A stretch of DNA of 64,000 bases. Origin: Geosiphon pyriformis uo1. Taxonomy: Eukaryota > Fungi > Glomeromycota. Positions 49,793 through 61,394 of the stretch are shown here, piece after piece. The stretch's first letter is position 1. Each line of letters starts with the position of its first letter. The translations under genes were made by a program, and so were the position numbers. The notes under the pieces were generated by a model. That model was given only the letters and a program-made list of their open reading frames with translations. It did not search any database and was not told where the DNA came from. The stretch is taken from assembly GCA_016748015.1 (NCBI GenBank), contig JAAOMT010000029.1, positions 422,896 through 486,895 of the forward strand, read 5' to 3'.

Positions 49793-51397
49793 CTATGAGA
49801 ACTATCTTTATTAAAGTTGTCATCCAAGACAATAAAAGAAAACTTGTTTACAGTCTTGGCAATCAGAGAGTTGATTTTACTAGCCTAAGAAAAATGAACA
49901 GCCAAGAAAGCATCAGCATAAAACTCTAAAATCAAAACAGAAATTTTATTTTTGAACAATCATTCAAAATGTAACCAAATTGTTTGCATTATGTACAGCA
50001 AGCTAAAAAAAGACCAGTTTAGCACAATTTTATATCTTTAAAAACTGAAATAGAGCTAATAGTAGCCAATTTGGATGTCTTATTATCAAAACAAACTACC
50101 ATACACCTATCATGAACATATAAACTAAGATTATAACCAATAAAACAAGTTTTTTTACTATATGATTTTAGCAAATCCAATAAATTATAAGTAGTGGTGT
50201 CCATCAGCAAAATATACAATAAAGTCTGGTGCTAATTTTTTGTTATCCATGATTCTTTGTTATTAATGGCCAAAGCCATATATACTGAATCTTTTTTCAT
50301 AAAAACTAACTATTTGAAAGCAACTGAACTAGCCATATTTGCTAATTCAAACTTAATTAAGGCTTTTTGTCAAAGCCCAATCAATTGCATCTTGATTAAA
50401 ATCATCTTACCAAATTTAGAAAACACTAATTCTATTGTTAATTTGGGAAGATTTACTGGAATTTTCTTGATAATCACTTTCTGATCCAATTAGCTGTTTG
50501 GTTTCCTAACATTATTATTAACTAAGATTTTGACAATGATAGCCAACTCTCTAGCCTTTTGCAAACTTAACTCTAAAGTAAAAAAGAATCTGATTAGCCC
50601 AGGAAATTTTGAAGGAGTGAAAACTCCTTCAAAACCATCAATTTGATAGAAAATTTTTTTAATAGCAATCAATTTATTAATATTAGTTTTGTTTGATACA
50701 ACAGATAGCTCAATATTTAATGTGAAGAATTTAACTGGCTCAAAGTTTCATTTTTTTAGAACATGTAATCTGACCAATAATAGCTAATTGAAGCCAATAA
50801 ACTTAGGAGATAGGAGAGCCAGAATGTTGTTATTATCACTTATATTGTCAAACAAAAATGTTTTCAGAAAATGACTTAGCACATATATTTGAGTACAAGT
50901 TTTTCTTGGCATGATTTCATTCATATTATTATCATTTGTTGATGCATCCAAATTTGCATAGCTCATTTTCTCAACAACTGTATTTTTCATATTTTCAATA
51001 TTTAACAAATTACTAATATTACTTATAATACTGCTAACTTTACTACTCCAAAACACCACAGATTTGACATTGATGCTACCAACATTCTTCAAGCTTAGAA
51101 GACCAGTTGATAAATCAATTATACTATCAGCTACAGGCTTTTTTGGTTTTTTGTAAGATATACTATGGGAGTAAATATTATTTACACATTTTTTTTTGGT
51201 ATTCAAACAGGTCCCCAAACCAGTTGAACCAAAACTCAAACTACCAACAGACATGTTTACTAGTTCTATTGTGATAAAAATAAGTGTTTGAAAAAAAATA
51301 ACTAATGAAAACAAAGTGTAAAAGGAGAAAAAAAAGCTATATTCTTGGCAAATCTTCAGCTTTTGTTATAGTTAGGGGATTGACAAGAGAAAAAGTT
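49793..51397 (-). mobile_element. LINE L2, 5' segment (5'UTR, ORF1, internal deletion into ORF2)
   Basis: ORF1 fragments 50019-51254 homologous to L1; decayed Cx2Cx4H knuckle near 49965-50000. Confidence 0.85.
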
Positions 51398-53247
51398 TTT
51401 GTATTATTATTTTAATTTATAGTTTTTTAGTTATTTTAACTAAAAAATTATAAAAAAATAGCAATTTTACTTGTTAAAATATTTTTTTAATTGATTTGTA
51501 ATTTTTTTATATATTTTGTCTTTTTTTATAATATTTTTTATTATAATATATATTGTTTAATAAAAAGTTTTTAAATAGTACTATAAAAATTTAATAATAT
51601 TTATAATTTTACAAAAAAATAATTTATACACATATTTTAAACTGTTTATTTAATTGTTTTTTTTGTTTACTTAAACTTATTAAAATAGTTTTATATTTTA
51701 TTTTAAAAATTATGTTTATTAAAAATATTAATATTTAAACTATTTAAATTATTAAATTTTGTTATTTTAAATTTTTAATAACAAATAATAAATTTATTAA
51801 AATAAATTGAAAAATAAAGCTATTATATAAATATATTTTTATATATTTTTTTAATTAATTATAATAATTAAACAAAATAATAATTAATAAATAAATAATA
51901 CAAAATATATATATTTTTAATTCTATTAAACTTAAACAAGTTTGTAAACTTTAAACAAATTTGAATTAAACTTAAACTTGTCAAAAAAATTCAATTTTAA
52001 ACTTAAATTAAATCTACTTTAAAAATTTTATTTAATTTAAGTTTAATTCATAATTTGAATTAAACTTAAATAATATTTAAAATTTGATTTGATTTGGTTT
52101 ATTAAATTCCTATAAACAACAAATATTATTTTTAAATTTATATAAAAACCAATATACAATAAATTTAAAATAGTAATTAAATTAATCAATACTTATTATA
52201 AAATTAAATCAATTTTAAAACTTTATAATTTATTTAATATTTGTAAAAATATTTTATAAAATCTAATATTATAACTATTAACAATTTAATATATTAAAAA
52301 ATTTAATTTAAAAAAATATATAATATTATATAAAAATTAAATTATTAGTAATATTATAGTTCAAAAATTTAGCAAAAATTTATAAAATAATATAAATTAT
52401 CTAATTATAATATAACATAATAATAATTTTAAAATAATATAATAACAAATATTATTTTACAATAACAATAAACATAATTAAAATTAGCTATAAATATTAG
52501 ATTAAAATATCAAAAAAAAGTATTATAATATATTTTTTTATAAAACTATAAATATATATATATATATAGTAGTTTTAATATTAAAAAAAATAATTTTTCC
52601 AGTTTTTAATCTTTTATTTTAATTATTTTTTAGTTTTTACTTTTAAATAAATATTTAAAGAAATTTTTAATCAAAAAAACAAAAAAAATATTAAAAACTA
52701 AATTATTATAATCTAAAGTATTAAAAAACTTATTTGTGCTATTTATTAAATAAAATTATTATTTATTAACTAAATTTCTTAAAAAAATAATTTTTAATTA
52801 ATATATATTATTATTTTATTTTTATTTTTATTTATTTTATAAATAAAACTTAATGGCTCCTTTTTGGAGATAAAGCTGTTCCTATTGGTTATAATAGAAG
52901 TTAATGATAAGTTTGCCACTTTTAAGTGCAGTCTCGCCAGTTTTACAAAGCAGGTTAGTAAGCTGGCTAAGAGATTGGATACACTTGGGCCAATAGTTTT
53001 CCAGTCTAGCCCTGGATGTCAGCCATTGGTGATCCCTTTCATTACAAGATCAAGGGGCGGATGTAGTGATGAATAAGAATTTGGATGCATCTGCTAGTAA
53101 TGAGACTGTTGTGAAAGTGGTGTCATTCAATATGTCTTTGGTGTCAAAGCTGAAAAACAGCATAAAATGTCTGATAGAAATAGTTCTGGGTTTTTTGGCC
53201 AAAGTAGATAGTCTAGGAGCAGGTTCAGTTTTCCAATCTCCTTCTTA

Positions 53248-56200
53248 ATGAATGATTTAATTTGGAAAGTTGCTACCTATAACATTAAAGAAATAAACAA
53301 TCCTATAAAACAGGATGACATTATTAGTTGGCATAAAGATATAAACAATTTGATTTCTATTGTTACTAAAACTAAGTTGAAAGATAAGATCTGTCTATAG
53401 ATCATAAATAAATTTAATAGTCTCCAAGTTTTTACTTCTAATTTGGATTCTAGTCATATGGGCTCTGGTGTTGCGATTATCATAAACATTTCTCTGGTAC
53501 AACATACATGCAAAGTTTCTGAGATACCTGGTTGGCTTTTGTTTGTTAAGCTGCTCTTCAAGAATAAACTGTCCATGTCTATTTTGGGGCTGTATGCTGG
53601 TGCTTTTTCAGTGGTTTGGTTCTCTCAAGCCAGTGAAATCAACTTTTTTATTACAAAGACTGTTAATGAATCTTCTTTTGTCATTCTTAATGGAGATTTC
53701 AATAAAAACAGTTCATATAGGAGTGCAAGTTTCAAAAGGTGTCTTGATCTGAATCTGGTTAATTTTTTGGCTGGAAGCACAATATTGAAAAAACCTACTT
53801 GGAAAAACTCTAAAGGCATCATGAAAATAATTGATTATGTGTTGGTTTCTCTGAATCTGGCCAACATGATAGTATATTGTGACATTTTTGGGGTTAATGA
53901 GCATTTTGACACAGATCACCAGGCTGTTTCTGTGTCCATAGATTTGGGTGGGCTTTTGAATACAAATTTAAACTCTCTTTGCAAACAGGTGAATAAAGAT
54001 TGTTGGAAATTCGATTTCAAACATGCTGGAGAAAAGGAATAAAAAAATTTTAAGGGTGCTATATCAGCCAATGCTGTGATGTTCTCAAGTGAATTTGCTG
54101 CCTCTATGGTATCTTTAGATTTGGATGCTATGTGGGATGTTGTTTACAAGATAATGTCTCTTTTAGCAAATGGAACATTCAAAAAAAATGGTTTAAGAGT
54201 TATGATAAAGTTTTTACCAAAGAGTTTTCTAGATTTTATAAGCTGGAGTTGTTGGTATTTAAGCTGGTCAGGGCCTTCCATTTGGTTTCTAGTGTAGAAT
54301 TTGCATTATTGTTAGATACATGAGTTGAGTTTAATGATGCTAGTACATTGGTAGTGAAATCTTTATTTTTTCCAGGTTTTAATTTTAACATAATTTGTTC
54401 AGTTCTGGCTAAGGTAAGAAAATCTTACCACCCTTCTAAGTTGCTGGAATTCAAGTGCACTGAGGAATCACACATGAAGGCAGCTGTTAATAAGAGAATA
54501 GATAGTTTTAAATCAGACAAGGGACACATCATCAGAAGTGTTTTAGAGCATTCTTTTCGCAAAGTGGTATTGGATTATTTGGTTGTGGAAGATGAGTTGG
54601 TATTGGAGCCCAGTTTAGTTAAATTTGAAGTAGATAGAATCATGGAAGGTTGGACCAGAAAGCACAGGATGGTGTCTGATGTCTCAGAAAATTGGTCATA
54701 ACAATACTGGCCTTTAGAGTATGTGTTCAATGATGTCTTTTTGAATATAATGTGTTCAGTTGCCTTTGACAAATTGCTTGGCATGGTTTCTAATCTGCCT
54801 GAAGACAAAGCTGCTGGTCTTTCTGGAATTTCAAATAAGCTTTGAAAACATTGTGACAAGTCAGTCTTGAATATGTTTTTGGTGCTTTTGAATTTTTGTT
54901 TGATCTGTGAGTTAGTACCCAGTGCCTAAAAAGAAGCTTGGGTCTTAATAATTTCCAAGCCATATGAATGGGAGAGAGTTCTTATAAACACCCAATCCAT
55001 CACCTTGCTTGAAACTATTCACAAGATCCTTTCCAAGATTCTCTCAAATAGGATCTTATTAGCATGTAACACTTATGATGTTTTACATGGAGACAATTTC
55101 TTAATTCTAAGAGATATAACAATGCAGTCTCCTATTTTTGCCATTGGTTTAGTCATTGAAAACGCTTTGAAAAAGAATTGTGAACTCTGGTTAGTCTTGT
55201 AGAACATGTGGAAAACTTATGATTCTGTTGGGTGGAAACATCTCTGGAACAGTTTGGTTAGAATAAAAATATGCAGCAGATTCATTAAATTTTTTGATGG
55301 TGTTATAGATAATTATTTGGGGTCTCAAAGCAAATAACAAACTCATAACTTGGTGTTCAATTGATATAATAATATTAATTTCTGAAAGTGTTTATAAATC
55401 TGAAGATTTTGGTTGAGTTTTTTGTATAATGAACAGAAATTCAATTATTGTCTTCCCAGTAGTCTTCCAAAATTACAATTCCATTGAATTTTTTTCTCAG
55501 CATGGTGGCTGGTAATCTTAACAGAGATGCTTTTCTGATAAGTTATTCTTAAATTCTCAATTTTTATACCTTTTCTTTGAGGTTTTTTACCAGGCTATCT
55601 ATGATATCAATAACTTAGTGCTTAATCCTTTTAATCAATTTAGTAAATAACAAAAGAAAATAAAAAAAAATAAAAAAAATAAAAAAAATAAAAATAAAAA
55701 AATAAAAAAAATAAAATAAGAAATAAGTATTCTGTTAATAGCTGTGATCAAGAACTATTATGCCAGCAGATTAAGTAGTAGATAATAACATGAATTTGAA
55801 GAATTAAAGAGATATTTTATTAATATAATTCTATTTTAGTTGATAGCAACTATCTTTGAAAGGAGGAGTATTTAATAATTATGGCCTATAAGTCTAATTG
55901 ACTCTAAGAGTCTAATTGACTTCTGAAAGTCTAATTGACTCTAAGAGTCTAATTGACTTCTGAAAGTCTAATTTTCTTTCTGGATGTCTTTTTAACTTCT
56001 ACAGCTACTTGTTTTTATACATTCTTTTGGTTTTATAGAATTGCTTTCAATTGTTTCACTATTGTTAGCTATTGTTTGTTATTGCTAGCTATTGCTCATT
56101 ATTGCTAGCTATTGTTTATTATTGCTAGCTATTGCTTGTTATTACTAGCTATTGCTCATTATTGCTAGTTATTGCTTGTGTTTGTCCTATGTTATCTCGA

Positions 56201-58889
56201 GTTGTATTGCATTTTTCTTGTCACATTTTTTTGTCATGTTTTCCCATAGCTTTTTGGTTTTTCTACTTAGATAACAATAGTATTCATAATGGTCATGTTA
56301 ATAGGGTTATGACTGATTTTGGTTTGTCAGATGGGTATAGAATACATAATGGCTTAGATTAAAGAGAGGTGTTCTCATTGCTCCTTTGGCACATATTTTA
56401 TGATCCTCTTCTATGTAAGGTCAAGAAACAAGCAAGTAGATATGGGTATAGGTTGAATTCTTACTTCATTTCTGGATGTAGTTGTGCCAAATCTTGGGCT
56501 GGTCTCTTTTTTTTTTGCCATAGGTGCTTTTGTTGATAATACTATATGGGTTGACAGCAGTCAAAGTACTACACAGCACATTCTTAATATTGCTAGTGAA
56601 TTTTTTGACATAAATGACATTTCAATTAATAATGACAAAACTGTGGCCATTCTTATCAACTGCAAAGTTATGAATTCCTCTTTGTTGATTAGCAGGTCAC
56701 CTATTTCTGTTGCCAAAAAAGGGAAATTGTATTGCTATCTAGGAATCTTTTTGTCTACTGAGGGTTTTTCAAAGCCTAGCTTGGCTAAAACAAATTCTGA
56801 TGTCTGGTTTTTTGCTAACTTAGTCCTAAGAAAGGCAGTTTCTGATAAGCAGTTTTTTTATTTGGTTTTAGTGGTCCTATATCCTATTATTAGCTATAAA
56901 ATGCAATTCAGTTTTGTTCCTACCAGTGTGTGCAAAAAATGGGACACTTTGATTTGTAAAGACTTGAAGTCTAAGTCTGGTTTGCCACACAATTTCCCCA
57001 ATGATGCTATTCATCATCTTTTTCTGTATGATTTAAAGACTTTTGAGCAGATTTAGGCTGAAAGCAAAGTGGGTTCAGTCATTTCTTTTATAAACTCTAT
57101 TGGAATTTTGGGTAGACTGTTTTTTTACTGGTCACATGATCTTTAGGTTTTCTGTTGGCATTCACTTCACCCTTTGCAATATTCAATTCATGTTAAGATC
57201 AACCCTTTAAATAATTTTTTGGTGGGTATGATACATATTTTCTTTAGAGATAATTTGTTTTTGGGTGGCTCTCTGGCCAATGCTTTTTGTCATCATAGTG
57301 GAACCCTGATGTTTCTTGTTCTTAGTGAATCAAATTATTTTAGGTATGTTTCTTCATTTTAGTATTATAGAATTGCTTTTGTAGACCAACTATGTGACCG
57401 GAGTGGGACTATTTTCAATTGAAAAACCTTCAAACATTGGAAGCAGTTGGACTCATGTGGTTCAGTTTCTACCTGGTTTGAACTTTCTGTTTAGTTTCTT
57501 GGTGGTGCATCTTCCCTGTCTATTTGTTCCTTGCTCTCAGACAATTGTGGCTCTTTGGATGTTCTTCAGTCTCATGATTTTGGTGTCATTAGTGATAATT
57601 TGTTGTGTGCTGATGTTGATTATATTTCTGTCTATATGGATAGGTTATTGAGTGGTTTAGAGACTCTTAATATAAAAACTGGAGCTGCTGTTTTCTTTGA
57701 GGACATAAGTATGGGTTTGGGTGTGGAAGTGTCTGGTTTGATGTCTTCTACCATAATAGAATTGCAGGCCATTGCTCTGGCTCTTGAGTGTGTTCTTTCT
57801 TTTCAATCAGTCGACTTGTTCTTGAACAGTCAAGCTGCTTTAGATGCATACAAGTTGGAGTTAAAATTGGCTCACCCAGATTTTAGGAATTAATGTTGGA
57901 TTAAATGCCACCACATTGCTGGTGTTATTTGTTGTAAAAATTTGAATATTCATTGGCATAAAGTTAAAGGTCACTCAGGAGTTTTAGGTAATAAGCAAGT
58001 TAATAAGTTGGCCAGAGCTGCTGTCCTCTCTAGTTGGTATCTGTCTTACTTAGTTAATGAACACTATCTTAGAACTGATGGTACAGCTGTTTCTGGTAAT
58101 TCTAGGTATTTTGTTCAAGAAGTTTTTCAGTCTGTTTATTGTGTATAATAGGAAGTTGGTTCCAATTCCCAAGTGGTAGCAGACTGTCTGCATGCAAATA
58201 TTGACTGGCTTAAGTCATTTTTGGTTTGGCATCTGGATTCTCACATGGCTGCTGGCTTTTGGACATATTTTATGAAGACATTGCATCATTGGCTTCTTGT
58301 TGCTGTGCATAAGTGGCTTTATAATAAATGTTACCCTAGTGTAATATGTCTGTTCTGTGATAATGTCAAAATATTAAACCACGCATTTTTTTGTTCATTT
58401 GATGCTGCTGATCATGCTCAGTTGTTGGACATTTATGCATCTGCTTGGGAAGTATGCTCTGGTTTGACTCACTTTTCCTTGGGTATCTTATAGCTGTTGT
58501 TTATTTGTGTCTCTGACATTTTGGTTAATACTGCACTATGTAAGGATTTTGTTTTCAGAGATTGGTTTTATGAATCTGTTTCCATTTTTAAAGACTCCAA
58601 GATAGTGGGTCAAAATATTATAGCCTTTGTGTATGAGTTTAGTTTTGTATTTTGGAAGAACATTTGGTTGGTTTATGCCAAACACCATGTGTTTATGGAG
58701 AAGAATAGGCTTATTCCATGTAATGGGTCTGTTCCTCTTTCAATTTTTGGGCTTCTTTTGGTGTTTTCTGCTGGTATTGTTGAGTTATTGGGCATTGCCG
58801 AGACAATTGGTGTCAGTTTTGGGTTTCGTAAGCCCTGCTTATTTTTTTTAGGTATAGGTAACATGGTTTCTGTTCATATAAATGCTTAG
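53248..58889 (+). pseudogene. L3 ORF2 (endonuclease, reverse transcriptase, RNase H), split by solo LTR F
   Basis: Motifs as listed for L3; many premature stops. Confidence 0.9.
55301..56276 (-). repeat. Solo LTR F inserted in L3 RT
   Basis: TGTTAT...ATAACA termini; TSD ATGG/ATAG; the LINE frame FFDG|IHNGHVNRVMTDFG rejoins; shares blocks with the C and B/D LTRs. Confidence 0.9.
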
Positions 58890-59039
58890 TGTTATCCTAA
58901 TTGGCCCAAGTGGCTGGTCACATATAGAAAGTGCATGATTCACACCTAGTTTAAATTATTTACATGATATATAGTGCTAGCCAGTGTTTGGATTTCACTT
59001 GTTAATATTAATAAATAAATAAATAAAAACTTAATTGTT

Positions 59040-60400
59040 GTCTAATATATTATATTAAATTAAATAGCATAAATTAGATACAAATTATGTATTTCTATAT
59101 ATAATTAACTATTTAAGTTAATTAAACAACATTATAAATTTATTTTAATAAAAACATTATGATTAATATTAAAAAAAAATACACATTGTTACAGATAATT
59201 ACTTGGGGTCTTAAATCAAATAACAAATCCATAATTTGGTGCTTAATAGCTGAAATAGTTGGTAATATCTAAAGATTTTTGTATCTGAAGGTTTTAGTTG
59301 AGTTCTTTGTATAATAAATAGAGAGTCAATATTGATATTTTAGTGTGATGTTTCTAGTTTCTTCAACTCTTAAGTTGGTATGCTTTGTTGTCTATTGCTT
59401 TTCAGAATTGCAATTCCATCAATTTTTTCTTGGCATGATAGCTGGCAATTTTTTGGTAAGCTATTCTTAAATTTGAGTGTCTACTCTTATTTCTGGGTCT
59501 TTTACCAATGTTTTATCTTAATATTAGTCCATACATTAATTCTTTTAATCAATTAATAAATAACAAAAAAAAAGAAAAAAAAAAAAGAAAATAAAGAAAT
59601 AAGCCAAGACAAAAAAGAATTAGTATTCCGTTAATAGCTGTAATCAAGAGCTATTGTTCCAGTGTAATTAAGTATTGAATACTATTAATATAAAGAGTTG
59701 ATAGTGTAAAGAGTAATTTGAATAGTAAATAATTATTTATCAATATTGATGATTTTAGCTAATATGTTTTAATTAAGAAATTTTGGTATTAATTCTAGCT
59801 GGAGATTCTATTTTTTCTGCTTCTAATATTCTTATTATATATACATAATTTGGGTTCTATGAAATCACTCATATTTTCGAGTAATGTGTTATAATTTTTC
59901 AAACAATGTGCTCATGTGTTTAGCTACTATTCTCTTATTGGTCTATGTGTTTTTCCTACTATTTTTTTTTGTATGCTTTTTTTATAAGTAACAACATAAT
60001 TTACATATATTAAAACAAATATTAAATATCTTAATAATATCAAGCAATTTTACTATATTATTAAAAAATAAAAAAAACTATAAACAATAAAAAGCATAAA
60101 ATTATTACAAAAATTAAACTATTCTTTTAAAATTAATTTAAATTTTTTTTAATAAACTACTTCTAATCTATACACAAAATTAACTAATTTTTTAACAATT
60201 AATCTAATATTTTTATAAATTAACATAATTTTATAAAAACTATTTTTTAAAAACAAAATCTTTATATATAGTAATATATAGTATTTTATTAAATATACAG
60301 AAAAAAAGTAATTATAAAACACAAAATAATAATAAGTTTAAATTTAACATAAATTTTTACTTGACAGCAAATAATGTTAATAATTTTTTATAAACATTAA
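59040..60400 (-). mobile_element. Extremely eroded LINE 3' end (L5), tail-to-tail with L3, split by solo LTR G; right limit uncertain
   Basis: 59070-59186 and 59998-60100 are colinear with the L2 3' end (24205-24420) after C>T/G>A erosion. Confidence 0.55.
59187..59993 (-). repeat. Solo LTR G (B/D-related)
   Basis: TGTTAC...GTAACA termini; perfect TSD ACAT (59183-59186/59994-59997). Confidence 0.9.
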
Positions 60401-61394
60401 AATCTATTATATAAGAAAAAAAGTGGTTAAAAATTTTGATTTTTTTATTATACAAATATTTATTAATTATAATAAGTAGATAATAATATAAAAATTTTAT
60501 GTAATAAAAGCATAAATTTGCTATGAATTTATTTATATACTTAACAGCCATATAAAAATTAAGATATTAAATTAAAAATAATTAAATTTAATATTATACA
60601 GATCTAAAATATAAAAAATACTTTGAAAATAAATAATATATTAAAAATTTAATAATTTTTATTAACAAAAGTATTAACAATAAATTTAATATTAATAATA
60701 TTAAAAAAACAACTAAAATTTTTAGTAATAAAATTTTTTAACAATATAATTAACAACATAAAAATAGTTTGTAATTTAATTAAAAATTGTTTAAAATAAA
60801 AATTTGAAAAATAAATTAATTAATAAATAAAACTATAAAAATAATATTTTTAAAAATACTATAAATAAATATTGTTTGCAAATAATAAAATTGTTTTTAT
60901 TGGTTTTTAATGTTTTTTTTTATTAATTTACTATAAAACAATTATAAAAAATTATTAAGTTTAAATATTTTATATTGTAAATTAATAAAAACATCAAATA
61001 AAAAAAATATGTTTTAATATTAACAAAAATTTATTTTAATATTATAACTTAAATATATTTAAAATTAATTTTAAAATAGTAAAAACCAACTTAAAAAAAT
61101 TCAAACACAATATAATTATATTATTATATTATTATATTTGTTTTTTAAATATTTATTGTTTTTTTAAAAATTATTAAAACTTTAATTGCATTTAGTTAAT
61201 ATTAATATTTGTATTAAATAATAATAATAACTTAATATGTTTTTTTAGTATTTATTATTTTATTTTAAAGTTTAATTTTTCTATAATATTTTTACTTTGT
61301 TTAAAATATTATTAAAGTTTTTTTAAAATTGTAAATAATAAATATAAATATTTAATATATACAAAAAAATATTAACAGATAAATTTTAATACTA

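Larger units (their letters stand above)
52852..59028 (+). mobile_element. LINE L3 (5'-truncated/eroded): ORF1 tail, ORF2 APE-RT-RNase H-Cys, 3'UTR, (AATA)n tail
   Basis: ORF2 ATG 53248 MNDLIWKVATYNIK; GDFN; IDY; TDH (APE); GAFVDNTIW (RT); ELQAI...WHKVKGHSG.GN (RNase H); tail ~59010-59028. Confidence 0.92.

Noticed and set aside
51400-52850. AT-rich tract as centromere, origin or organellar insertion
   Set aside because: Comparable AT tracts elsewhere in the window align to TE relics, and there is no positive evidence for another function; it cannot be fully excluded.
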